Assembly: GCA_052094845.1 (NCBI GenBank)
Contig: JBQDKK010000001.1
Span: forward strand, 163,386 to 227,385
DNA length: 64,000 bases
From: Leucobacter sp.
GTDB lineage: Bacteria > Actinomycetota > Actinomycetes > Actinomycetales > Microbacteriaceae
Direction of reading: 5' to 3'
Part shown: piece by piece, positions 8,291 to 18,640 of the stretch
How the letters are laid out: each line of letters begins with the position of its first letter
How positions within the stretch are numbered: position 1 is the first letter of the stretch
The notes under the pieces: generated by a model
Database searches by the model: none
What the model was told of the DNA's origin: nothing
What the model saw: only the letters and a program-made list of their open reading frames with translations
Made by a program: the position numbers and the translations under genes

Positions 8291-8350
8291 AACGGGCGCG
8301 AGAGGCCATGAACGGGCGCGAGAGGCCAGGAACGGGCGCGAGAGGCCAGG
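8291..8350. repeat. 20-bp tandem repeat x3
   Basis: aacgggcgcgagaggcca(t/g)g three times, followed by a partial unit. Confidence 0.95.
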
Positions 8351-8473
8351 AACAGGAACGGGCGGGAACCGCGCGACCGGGGAGGAAACGGCGGCGACGG
8401 CGGCCGCGCCCCAAACGCCGGTGGCCCCTCCCGCAAATGCGAGAGGGGCCACCGGGCTGAGAGTCTCAGATCA

Positions 8474-9868
8474 TTAGATCTTCGACGAAGCATCCTTCAG
8501 GACGCTGCGGAGGATTCCGCCGATCTCAGCGAACTCAGCCGGGCCAATGGTCAGCGGCGGAGCGAGCTGGATGACGGGGTCTCCACGGTCATCTGCGCGG
8601 CAGTACAGGCCTGCGTCCCAGAGAGCGGGCGACAGGTAGTCGCGCAGCAGGCGGTTCGACTCTGCCTCGTTGAAGGTCTCCTTGGTCGACTTGTCCTTGA
8701 CAAGCTCGATGCCGAAGAAGTAGCCCTCACCGCGGACGTCACCGACGATGTCGATGTCGAGGAGCTTCTCGAGCTCGGCGCGGAACAGCGGGCTGTTCTC
8801 GCGGACGCGGCCGTTGAGGTCCTCTTCCTCGAAGATGTCAAGGTTCTCGAGAGCCGCGGCTGCAGCAGCCGGGTGACCCGCGAAGGTGAAGCCGTGGTAG
8901 AAGGTGTTGTCCTCCGAGTTGAAGGGCTCCGACACCTTGTCCGAGACGATCATCGCACCCAGCGGGACGTAGCCCGAGGTGATGCCCTTTGCAGAGGTGA
9001 TGATGTCGGGCTCGTAGCCGAGCGCCTTCGAAGCGAAGAAATCGCCGACGCGGCCGTACGCACAGATGACCTCATCCGAGACGAGGAGCACGTCGTACTG
9101 GTCGCAGATCTCGCGAACGCGCTTGAAGTAGCCGGGGGGAGGCGGGAAGCAGCCACCCGAGTTCTGCACGGGCTCGAGGAACACGGCAGCAACGGTCTCG
9201 GGGCCCTCGAAGAGGATCGCCTCTTCGATGCGGTTTGCAGCCCACTGGCCGAATGCCTCGATGTCGTCCGAGGGAGCGCCCATCTCTTCAGCGCGGTAGA
9301 AGTTCGTGTTCGGCACGCGGTGACCACCGGGGGTCAGCGGCTCGTAGAACTTCTTCATGTCGGGGATGCCGGTGATGGCAAGGGCGCCCTGCGGGGTGCC
9401 GTGGTAGGCAACCGAACGCGAGATGACCTTGTGCTTCATCGGCTGGCCCTTGATCTTCCAGAAGTGCTTCGCCAGCTTGAATGCCGACTCAACAGCCTCG
9501 CCACCACCGGTGGTGAAGAAGACCTTGTTCATCTCGCCGGGAGCGTACGAAGCGAGGCGCTCCGACAGCTCGACGGCGGCGGGGTGAGCGTACGACCAGA
9601 TCGGCATGAAGTCGAGCTGCTTCATCTGCTTAGCAGCTGCGTCGACGATGCGCTGGCGGCCGTGGCCGGCGTTGACAACGAACAGGCCTGCAAGACCGTC
9701 GATGTACTCCTTGCCGGCGGCATCGTAAATGTGGTGGCCCTCGGCGCGGGTGATGACGGGGATGCCGTCGTTGAGTACCTTGCGGTTAGTGAAGTGCGGC
9801 CACATGTGGCGCTTGGCCGAAGCCTGCAGCGCAGCAGTGTCGACCGCAGCGGTCGGATCGAAAGACAT
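8474..9868 (-). CDS. Class III PLP aminotransferase (putrescine/omega-amine:pyruvate transaminase-like)
   Basis: YIDGLAGL, TTGGGEAVE, EPVQNSGG, DEVICAYGR, SAKGITSGY, HGFTFAGHP. Confidence 0.9.
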   Translation of the reverse strand: MSFDPTAAVDTAALQASAKRHMWPHFTNRKVLNDGIPVITRAEGHHIYDAAGKEYIDGLAGLFVVNAGHGRQRIVDAAAKQMKQLDFMPIWSYAHPAAVELSERLASYAPGEMNKVFFTTGGGEAVESAFKLAKHFWKIKGQPMKHKVISRSVAYHGTPQGALAITGIPDMKKFYEPLTPGGHRVPNTNFYRAEEMGAPSDDIEAFGQWAANRIEEAILFEGPETVAAVFLEPVQNSGGCFPPPPGYFKRVREICDQYDVLLVSDEVICAYGRVGDFFASKALGYEPDIITSAKGITSGYVPLGAMIVSDKVSEPFNSEDNTFYHGFTFAGHPAAAAAALENLDIFEEEDLNGRVRENSPLFRAELEKLLDIDIVGDVRGEGYFFGIELVKDKSTKETFNEAESNRLLRDYLSPALWDAGLYCRADDRGDPVIQLAPPLTIGPAEFAEIGGILRSVLKDASSKI

Positions 9869-9870
9869 GG

Positions 9871-10338
9871 TTATCTCGTTCCCCAGTCGTATTTTTGTTT
9901 GTTGAGTTGGAGGTAGACGAACGTCTCAGTAGCTGAGACCCCATCGATGTCCCTGATCTTGTCGTTCAGGAGCTCGATGAGACCGTCGTCGTCCTCACAG
10001 ACAACCTCGGCGAGGATGTCGAAGGAGCCTGCGCTCAAAACGACGTAGCTCACTTCGGGCAGTTCCGCGAGGCGGTCGGCGACGACCCGGGTGTCGCCGG
10101 AAACGCGAATGCCGAGCATTGCTTGTCGGTGGAAACCGAGTCGCATTGGGTCGGTCACAGCAACAATCTGCATGACCCCGGCATCCGTGAGCTTCTGAAC
10201 ACGCTGCCGAACGGCTGCCTCGCTGAGGCCGACCGCTTTCCCGATTTCGGCGTACGAGCGGCGACCGTCGAGCTGAAGTTGCTCGATGATCGCCTTCGAC
10301 GTCGAGTCGAGGGCAGGAGTAGTTCGTTTGCTGCTCAC
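9871..10338 (-). CDS. Lrp/AsnC family transcriptional regulator
   Basis: LDSTSKAIIEQLQLDGRRSYAEIGKAVGLSEAAVRQRV HTH; GSFDILAEV; GTG start at 10338. Confidence 0.92.
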   Translation of the reverse strand: MSSKRTTPALDSTSKAIIEQLQLDGRRSYAEIGKAVGLSEAAVRQRVQKLTDAGVMQIVAVTDPMRLGFHRQAMLGIRVSGDTRVVADRLAELPEVSYVVLSAGSFDILAEVVCEDDDGLIELLNDKIRDIDGVSATETFVYLQLNKQKYDWGTR

Positions 10339-10742
10339 GCTTCCGATTCTGACAGTACTGACTGGAAAAAGCAAAGGAATCCGTTGTTTGAGCATCAGTT
10401 TTCTGCGCATTTCCCCGGAGCGGCGCGAAAAAATGACGGCAATGAGGCTGCCGTAGCGCGGTTGCGGGCGGCGTATCGGGCGCAGCCCTGCGCCTACCAG
10501 CACTGTAGCAACGGTGGGCGCGGGAGTGCTCGACTTTTCGGCGGAATCATCTGCGAAAGCGCAAAAAGGGTGTGTGAATCGTCGGTTTCCCGCGAGAAAG
10601 GTAACTGTTTCATGAAGAAGTCTGGAAATTCGGTTCCAGACGATTGGCAACCCCGCCCAACGTGTGGGATATTCGTCCATACGACTCGGCGGGTTCAATG
10701 ACTGCACCCGACGAAGCTAAATATGAGTCAAAGGAGACTTTT

Positions 10743-11957
10743 ATGGCACGCCGTATCCCCGAAGACCCCATTGTTCGCAGCATCGTGAACATGGTGCGCA
10801 GCGCACAGTTCGATCGCAGGCAGATGCTCAAAGGCGCCGCCGTCGGAGCCGCAGGGCTCGGCGCGCTCACGCTCGCATCCTGCGCCCCCGGAGGCGGCGG
10901 GGGCGGGGGCGATGCGAAGAAGCTCGTGTGGGGTAACTGGACCTACTACCTCGACTTCAACGAGGACACAGGCTGGTATGACTCGCTTGATCTCTTCAAA
11001 GACGAGACCGGTATCGCCGTCGAGTACATCGAAGACATCGACGACAACAACACCTTCTACGGCAAGATCAAGGACCAGCTTGAGCTCGGCCAGCACACCG
11101 GCTACGACGTCATCACGTTCACCGACTGGATGAACGCGCGTCTCATCCAGGCGAAGCAGGTGCAGGAGTTCGACTACGCCAACCTGCCAAACGTCACGGC
11201 GAACCTCGTCGACGCTCAACTGAACGCGCTCGACGCCGACCAGGGCCGCAAGTTCACGATCCCGTGGCAGCTGCCCGCCTCCTGCCTTATGTGGGACACG
11301 GAGGCCGTTCCGGGCGGCATCAAGACGCTCGATGACTTCATGCATCCTTCGCTGAAGGGCAAGGTCGGTGTGCTCACCGAGATGCGCGACACGATGGGCA
11401 TCATCCTCGCGGGCCTCGGGTACGACCCCGCGGGCGCCTGGGGTGACAAGGAGTGGGGTGAAGCGATCCAGTGGCTCGACGATGGCATCCAGAGCGGCCA
11501 GATCAAGAACGTGAAGGGTAACTCCTACACGCAGGATCTGGAGCGGGGCGACACGCTCGCCGCGATGGTCTGGACCGGCGACGTCGTGATGATGAACGCC
11601 GAGTCGCCAGACGGCCCGCGCTGGACGATCGAGGTACCCGAATCGGGCGGCATGATCGCGGCCGACTCATTCACGATTCCGAACGGAACCGAGTCGGCAA
11701 AGAAGAAGCTCGCCGAGGAGATGATCAACTTCTATTACGACCCAGAAGTCATGGCGGCAGTCGCCGACTATGTAACGTTCGTCCCGCCGGTGAAGGGGAC
11801 GCAGGAGGCCATGCGCAAACTCAACCCCGAGAACGCAGACAACCCTCTGATCTTCCCCTCAGACGAAGATTGGACCCGTTTGCACAGCTTCCGCTCGCTC
11901 TCGCCCGAGGAAGACAAGAAGTACTCCTCCGAGTTCCAGAAGGTGCTGGGGCTGTAA
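10743..11957 (+). CDS. potD: Spermidine/putrescine ABC substrate-binding lipoprotein
   Basis: RRQMLK twin-Arg plus LASC lipobox; NWTYY, TIPWQ, WTGD, NPLIFP; AAGGAG RBS before ATG 10743. Confidence 0.9.
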   Translation: MARRIPEDPIVRSIVNMVRSAQFDRRQMLKGAAVGAAGLGALTLASCAPGGGGGGGDAKKLVWGNWTYYLDFNEDTGWYDSLDLFKDETGIAVEYIEDIDDNNTFYGKIKDQLELGQHTGYDVITFTDWMNARLIQAKQVQEFDYANLPNVTANLVDAQLNALDADQGRKFTIPWQLPASCLMWDTEAVPGGIKTLDDFMHPSLKGKVGVLTEMRDTMGIILAGLGYDPAGAWGDKEWGEAIQWLDDGIQSGQIKNVKGNSYTQDLERGDTLAAMVWTGDVVMMNAESPDGPRWTIEVPESGGMIAADSFTIPNGTESAKKKLAEEMINFYYDPEVMAAVADYVTFVPPVKGTQEAMRKLNPENADNPLIFPSDEDWTRLHSFRSLSPEEDKKYSSEFQKVLGL

Positions 11958-11960
11958 CCC

Positions 11961-13142
<1,182 letters not shown>

Positions 13143-13155
13143 GGGGGTCACCGCC

Positions 13156-14016
13156 ATGGCGTTTACGGCATTCTCCGGAAACACGAAAGCGGTTGAGCAG
13201 CACCCGCGCAGGCAGGGGTGGGTAGTCCTCCTGCTGCTCGCGCCCGGCATCGCCTACATGCTGCTGTTCTTCGTCGCTCCCTTCATTCAGCTCGCGCTCA
13301 CCGCGCTCCAGGCCCCCGCGGCCTCGGGGGGCATCGGGCAGTACGTCGCCGCCCTCGAATTCGGCAACTACTGGACTGCGCTCAGCGAGTACTGGCCGCA
13401 CCTCGTGCGCTCCTTTATCTACGCGCTGACCGCGACGATCATCGGGCTGCTCATCAGCTACCCGCTGGCCTACCTCATCGGCGTGAAGGCGCGGTCGAAG
13501 CCGATGCTGCAGGGCATCCTGCTGATCCTCGTCGTTGCGCCGTTCTTCATCAGCATGCTGCTCCGCACGCTCGCGTGGAAATCCATCCTCCCGAGCGAGC
13601 TCATCGGCACGCACTTCTCGGTGATCTTCGGCCTCGTGTACAACTTCATCCCGTTCATGGTGCTCCCGATGTTTGCGTCGCTCCAGGCGCTTGATTTGCG
13701 GCTCGTCGAGGCCGGGAGCGACCTGTACGCGTCGCCCGTCACGACGTTTCGCAGGGTGACCCTCCCGCTCTCGATGCCAGGCATCGTGTCGGGCACCCTG
13801 CTGAGCTTCATCCCGATGTCTGGCGATTACGTCGTCGCATCCCGCGAGTTCTTGGGCGGCACAAGCACGGCAATGATCGGCAACGTCATCGAGTCCAACT
13901 TCTTGCAAACCCAGAACTACCCGATGGCGGCAGCGCTGTCGATCATGCTCATGGTGATCATCCTCATCATGATCGCGACGTACGTCCGAAAGAGTGGGGC
14001 GGAGGATCTGCTGTGA
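13156..14016 (+). CDS. potB: Polyamine ABC permease
   Basis: YPLAY, VEAGSDLYA (EAA loop), LPLSMPG, YPMAAALS. Confidence 0.9.
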   Translation: MAFTAFSGNTKAVEQHPRRQGWVVLLLLAPGIAYMLLFFVAPFIQLALTALQAPAASGGIGQYVAALEFGNYWTALSEYWPHLVRSFIYALTATIIGLLISYPLAYLIGVKARSKPMLQGILLILVVAPFFISMLLRTLAWKSILPSELIGTHFSVIFGLVYNFIPFMVLPMFASLQALDLRLVEAGSDLYASPVTTFRRVTLPLSMPGIVSGTLLSFIPMSGDYVVASREFLGGTSTAMIGNVIESNFLQTQNYPMAAALSIMLMVIILIMIATYVRKSGAEDLL

Positions 14017-14816
14017 AGAAGTTCAGTCTCGGTAAGGCGTTCGTGCCCGTCGTCGGCGCTATCGGTCTCATCTACCTGCTGCTGCCGATCGCGCACGTCA
14101 TCCTGTTCTCGTTCAACGAGAAGCGGGGCCGCAACAACATCATCTGGAACGGGTTCACGCTTGAGAACTGGCAGAACCCGTGCGGCGCCCCGCAGGTGTG
14201 CACGGCGTTTGGCAACTCGATCATGGTGGGTCTCGTCTCGACGGTCATCGCGACCGTGCTCGGCACGATGATCGCGATCGCGCTCGTGCGGTACCGGTTC
14301 AAGTTCCGCTCGACGATCAGTCTGCTCCTGTTCACCCCGATGGCGACCCCCGAGGTCGTGCTCGGTGCGGGCCTCGCCGCGCAGTTTCTGCTCGCCGGTG
14401 TTGAGAAGGGGCTCGGCACCGTCATCCTCGCGCACGTGATGTTCTGCATCTCGTACGTTGTCGTTGCGGTGAAGGCGCGCGTCGCGTCACTGAACCCCGC
14501 GATCGAGGAGGCGGGGCGCGACTTGTACGCCTCGCCCGGTCAGGTGTTCTGGCGGATCACGCTGCCGATGCTCATGCCGGGCATCATCGGCGCCGCGCTC
14601 TTGAGCTTCGCGCTGTCGTTCGACGACTTCATCATCACGAACTTCAACTCGGGCACGGCGACGACGTTCCCGAAGTTCATCTACGTGTCGGCGCTCAAGG
14701 GCGTACCCGCGCAGGCGAACGTGCTCGCCTCGATCGTGTTCATCGGCGCGCTGCTACTTGTCATCATCGTGCAGTCGGTGAATATCAGTCGCCAGAAAAA
14801 GCTAGCAACCAGGTAA
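14013..14816 (+). CDS. potC: Polyamine ABC permease
   Basis: LFSFN...FTLENW, EEAGRDLYA, SFDDFIIT; GTGA coupling. Confidence 0.9.
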   Translation: MKKFSLGKAFVPVVGAIGLIYLLLPIAHVILFSFNEKRGRNNIIWNGFTLENWQNPCGAPQVCTAFGNSIMVGLVSTVIATVLGTMIAIALVRYRFKFRSTISLLLFTPMATPEVVLGAGLAAQFLLAGVEKGLGTVILAHVMFCISYVVVAVKARVASLNPAIEEAGRDLYASPGQVFWRITLPMLMPGIIGAALLSFALSFDDFIITNFNSGTATTFPKFIYVSALKGVPAQANVLASIVFIGALLLVIIVQSVNISRQKKLATR

Positions 14817-15013
14817 CCAAACGTTCAGCTGTTACTGAGTGTTACGCGTGAAAGCCCGCTCGATCTCCGAAGATAATTCGGCGTGTCGGGCGGGCTTTTG
14901 CGCGGCGCCGCGGATGGGTGCAAGATGAACTCCTGGCGGAACACACTTCCGTCCAAGCAGTTGTCGCATCGGAGCGAAGAAGCCTGTGCGACTCTCGGTA
15001 TTTAGGAGAGCAC

Positions 15014-16432
15014 ATGACAAAGACGTTCACGCCCGCTGCAAAGCGTGGCGGGTCGCTCAAACGAAACCTAGGGCTGTGGGCCATCGTTGGCCTCGGGCTT
15101 GGGTACATGACCCCGACTGTCGTCTTCGACACGTTTGGTCTCGTCGCTCGCGATACCGACAACGTCGTGCCGCTCGCGTACCTTGTCGCGCTCGTCGTGA
15201 TGATGTTCACCGCGGTGAGCTACGGCAAGATGGCCGGCGCCATCCCGAGCGCGGGCTCCGCATACACATACGTGCGCGAGTCGATCCACCCGAACGTCGG
15301 CTTCATGGTCGGCTGGACGTCACTCATCGACTACCTCCTGCTCCCGATGGTGAACTGCCTCATCATTCGCAGCTACCTCGAAGCGGTCTTCCCGGGTACG
15401 CCGGGATGGATCTGGGTCGTGCTCTACTGCATCCTCGTCACAAGCGTGATCTATCTCACGATGCGCGGCACCTCAAACCTCAACATGATCCTGCTCGTCT
15501 TCTCGATCGTCGTCATGGTCGTGTTCGTCGTCATGGTGTGGGCGCAGCTGCGCGAGGGTGAGGGCGTTGGCTCGATCGCTTCGACCCAGCCGTTCTTCCA
15601 CGAGGGCGTGCAGATGAGTGCGGTGCTCACCGGCGCCACGATCGTCTGCTTCTCGTTCATCGGCTTCGACGCCGTCACGATGTACGTCGAAGAGGCGAAG
15701 AGCCCGAAGATTATGCCCCGCGCGATCTTGCTCACCGTCGTGCTCGGCGGCGCGATCTTCCTCATCGCCGGCTACTTCACCCAGCTTCGCTTCCCGGAGT
15801 GGCAGGAGTTCGCGCCGGGTGGCGACATGCAGTTCGTCGAGGATTCGACGCTGCCGCTCATCGGCCAGTTCGTCGGTGGCCCCGTACTGCAGGCCGTGCT
15901 CACCGCCGCGGGCTTCGCCGCGACGCTCGCCTCGGGCCTCGCCTCGCACGCCTCGGTCTCGCGCATGCTGCTCGTGATGGGCCGTAACAACGTGCTCCCG
16001 AAGAAGTTCTTCGGGTACATCAACCCGAAGACCCACACCCCGACGTTCAACATCGTGCTGACCGGCGTGGTGAGCCTCCTCGCGATGGCCTTCACCCTCG
16101 AGATCATCTCGGCGTTCATCAACTACGGCGCGCTCATCGCGTTCACCGCGGTGAACGTCTCGGTCATCGCGTGGTTCGCGATCAAGCAGAAGCGCTACAA
16201 GACGCCGAAGGATTTCTTCTCGTACGTCGTGATGCCGGGCATCGGCATGATCCTCACGGGCGTGCTGTGGGCGAACCTGCACCTCGACGCGCTCATCGGC
16301 GGCGTCGCGTGGACCGTGCTCGGCCTCATCTACCTCGTGTTCCTCACGAAGGGCTTCCGCAAGAAGGTCTCGGCCTTCGACGAGAGCCAGCCGGTGACGG
16401 GCTACAACAAGGTGCCGGAGGGCGCCGAGTAG
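15014..16432 (+). CDS. APC family permease (PuuP/PlaP-like putrescine importer)
   Basis: GLGYMTPTVVFDTFG, PSAGSAYTY, FSFIGFDAV, INYGALIAF; RBS aggag before ATG 15014. Confidence 0.85.
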   Translation: MTKTFTPAAKRGGSLKRNLGLWAIVGLGLGYMTPTVVFDTFGLVARDTDNVVPLAYLVALVVMMFTAVSYGKMAGAIPSAGSAYTYVRESIHPNVGFMVGWTSLIDYLLLPMVNCLIIRSYLEAVFPGTPGWIWVVLYCILVTSVIYLTMRGTSNLNMILLVFSIVVMVVFVVMVWAQLREGEGVGSIASTQPFFHEGVQMSAVLTGATIVCFSFIGFDAVTMYVEEAKSPKIMPRAILLTVVLGGAIFLIAGYFTQLRFPEWQEFAPGGDMQFVEDSTLPLIGQFVGGPVLQAVLTAAGFAATLASGLASHASVSRMLLVMGRNNVLPKKFFGYINPKTHTPTFNIVLTGVVSLLAMAFTLEIISAFINYGALIAFTAVNVSVIAWFAIKQKRYKTPKDFFSYVVMPGIGMILTGVLWANLHLDALIGGVAWTVLGLIYLVFLTKGFRKKVSAFDESQPVTGYNKVPEGAE

Positions 16433-17101
16433 TTAGGTGCTGAGTTCGGAGCGAGCCGCCGGGGGTGGCGGCTCGCTCTGAGCAACAGCACCAGCAGACC
16501 CAGCCCGCGCCGCGCGCAGTTCCCGGCGCGTAATCGGGTCGAAGAAGGGCAGCGTGACGCCGCAGAGGGGCCCGATGAGCAGCGCGAACGCGACGGTGCC
16601 GAGCCCGACGTTGCCGCCGAGCAGCCATCCCGCGAGCAATACCGTGAGCTCGACCGAGGTTCGCGCGATCCAGATCGGTGTGCCGAAGCGATTGTGGATC
16701 CCGGTCATCAGCCCGTCGCGCGGCCCCGGGCCGAGCCGGGCACCGATGTAGATGCCGCTCGCGGCGGCGAGCAGTAGCAGCCCGGTCGTGAAGAACACGA
16801 TGCGCAGCCAGAGGGGCCCGGGTGTCGGCAGCAGCCAGAGACCGAGATCGATCCCGGGGCCGACGAGCAGAATGTTCAGTACCGTGCCGAGCCCGGGCCG
16901 CTGGCGGAGCGGGATCCAGAGGAGCAGCACCGCGAGCCCGATGAGGTTTGTGAGCACCCCAATGCTCAGCCCGGTGCGCAGCGCGATGCCCTGCGCGAAT
17001 ACGGTCCAGGAGTCGACGCCAACGGCGGCCTTGATCATGAAAGCGTCGGCGATGCCGTACAGCAGGAGCCCGGGGATGAGGCGTGAGAGTCGAGCGAGCA
17101 T
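16433..17101 (-). CDS. yczE: YczE/YyaS/YitT family membrane protein
   Basis: LPGLLLYG, LRQRPGLGT, GPGPRDGLMTG, GNVGLGT; divergent from a MocR gene. Confidence 0.85.
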   Translation of the reverse strand: MLARLSRLIPGLLLYGIADAFMIKAAVGVDSWTVFAQGIALRTGLSIGVLTNLIGLAVLLLWIPLRQRPGLGTVLNILLVGPGIDLGLWLLPTPGPLWLRIVFFTTGLLLLAAASGIYIGARLGPGPRDGLMTGIHNRFGTPIWIARTSVELTVLLAGWLLGGNVGLGTVAFALLIGPLCGVTLPFFDPITRRELRAARAGSAGAVAQSEPPPPAARSELST

Positions 17102-17137
17102 GCGATAAGTCCACTCGCATTTGGCCTGGTCTTCAAG

Positions 17138-17161
17138 AGGCCACTTTGGTTAGAGTGGCCT
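17138..17161. promoter_or_regulatory. Palindromic MocR (YczR) operator
   Basis: AGGCCACT-n8-AGTGGCCT perfect inverted repeat in the 61-bp divergent spacer, with related AGTCCACT and TTGGCCT half-sites nearby. Confidence 0.7.
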
Positions 17162-17162
17162 C

Positions 17163-18596
17163 ATGATTGCGCAGCGGCTTTCGGCAAGGCGCCTCGTCCA
17201 GCTCCTCGGGGAGTGGCGCGGCGACGGGCACAGCTACCTCGAACTCAGCGACTCGATCGCCCTTCTCGCCCGCGACGGAACCGTGCCCGTGGGCACCGCG
17301 CTGCCGGCCGAGCGGCCACTGTCGGAAGCGCTCGGCGTGAGCCGCACTACAGTGAGCGCGAGCTATCAGCGCCTGCGGGAAAGCGGGCTCGCGCACTCGC
17401 GTCAGGGCTCGGGCACCGTGATCCGCGCCCGCGGGGAAGGGGCGGGTGCTGCCGCCGACGCGGCCTCCGGTGACATCGATCTTACGACTGCGTGCCCGGC
17501 GCCGTGGCGCGGGCTCAGGAGCCTCACCGCGCGGGCATTCGCCGAACACGCAGACACCTTCGACGAGCTCGGCTTCGACACGATCGGGAGGCAGGATCTG
17601 CGGGTCGCGATCGCCGACAGGTACGCGGCGCGCGGCCTCCCGACCGGGCCCGAGCAAATCATGGTCACGCTCGGAGCCCAGCACGCGAACTACCTCGTTG
17701 CAAGGACGCTGCTTCGGCGGGGCGACAGGAGCCTCATCGAGTCGCCGAGCTACCCGAACGCGCGCGAAGCGCTCCGGGCTACGGGAGCTCTCGTAGCGGA
17801 GCTGCCTGTCGCTTCGGCTGGTTACGACGCCCCGGCGATTCTCGACATCGCGCGCCGCACGTCGCCCCGGCTCGCCTACCTCATCCCCGATCACCACAAT
17901 CCGACGGGGCAGAGCATGCCCGAGGAACTGCGCGCCGAGCTCATCGCGACGCTCACCGCCCAGGGCGCGCACATCTTGGCAGATGAGACCACCGCGGAGT
18001 TGACGCTCGGCACGCCGGCCCTCGTGCGGCCCTTCGCCGCGGCGGCCGCGCTCCCGCACCAGCGCGACGCGGTCATCACTGTCGGGTCGCTCGGCAAGAG
18101 CGTGTGGGGCGGGTTGCGGGTCGGCTGGATCAGGGCCGCGCCGGAGCTCATCGCCCGGCTCGAGATTTCGCGGAGGATCGGGGATCTCGGCACGGGCGCG
18201 TGGGAGCAGGTGATCGCGCTCTGCGCGCTCGAACAGTACGACGAGATCCTTGCCGAGCGCGCGATCGAGCACGCCGCCCAATACCGAACGCTCGCGGAAC
18301 AGGTCGCCGCGCAGTTTCCCGAGTGGCGGCTGCCCCAGGTCGCAGGGGGAGTGAGCACGTGGGTCGACCTCGGCGGGCACCACTCGACGCGGCTCGCGCG
18401 GGCCGGGGCCCGCTCGGGCGTGCGCATCGCGCCGGGGCCGAGGTTTGGAAGCCCGGGGGTGTTCGAGCGCTTCATCCGCTTCCCGTTCTCTGCGCCGTCT
18501 GACGACCTCAGGGAAGCCGTGCGGCGACTGCGGCACGGCTGGGAGAGTGACGGTGGGGCTGTGCGCGCCGAGCTTGCGGACGTCGCTGTGATCTGA
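17163..18596 (+). CDS. MocR/GntR family regulator with PLP aminotransferase-like domain (YczR-like)
   Basis: LPAERPLSEALGVSRTTV...QGSGT wHTH; IPDHHNPTG, SLGKSVWGGLRVGW. Confidence 0.9.
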   Translation: MIAQRLSARRLVQLLGEWRGDGHSYLELSDSIALLARDGTVPVGTALPAERPLSEALGVSRTTVSASYQRLRESGLAHSRQGSGTVIRARGEGAGAAADAASGDIDLTTACPAPWRGLRSLTARAFAEHADTFDELGFDTIGRQDLRVAIADRYAARGLPTGPEQIMVTLGAQHANYLVARTLLRRGDRSLIESPSYPNAREALRATGALVAELPVASAGYDAPAILDIARRTSPRLAYLIPDHHNPTGQSMPEELRAELIATLTAQGAHILADETTAELTLGTPALVRPFAAAAALPHQRDAVITVGSLGKSVWGGLRVGWIRAAPELIARLEISRRIGDLGTGAWEQVIALCALEQYDEILAERAIEHAAQYRTLAEQVAAQFPEWRLPQVAGGVSTWVDLGGHHSTRLARAGARSGVRIAPGPRFGSPGVFERFIRFPFSAPSDDLREAVRRLRHGWESDGGAVRAELADVAVI

Positions 18597-18640
18597 GCGC
18601 GGCTGCAGCGCCGCCGCCGGGGGAGTAAACTTGCCCCATC

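Noticed and set aside
8111-8350. Repeat cluster beside a nuclease gene as a CRISPR array
   Set aside because: Units are contiguous 10- and 20-bp tandem repeats with no unique spacers, and no cas genes are present.
10339-10707. 278-aa long version of the Lrp/AsnC ORF
   Set aside because: The extension covers the AT-rich divergent promoter region; family homology starts at GTG 10338.
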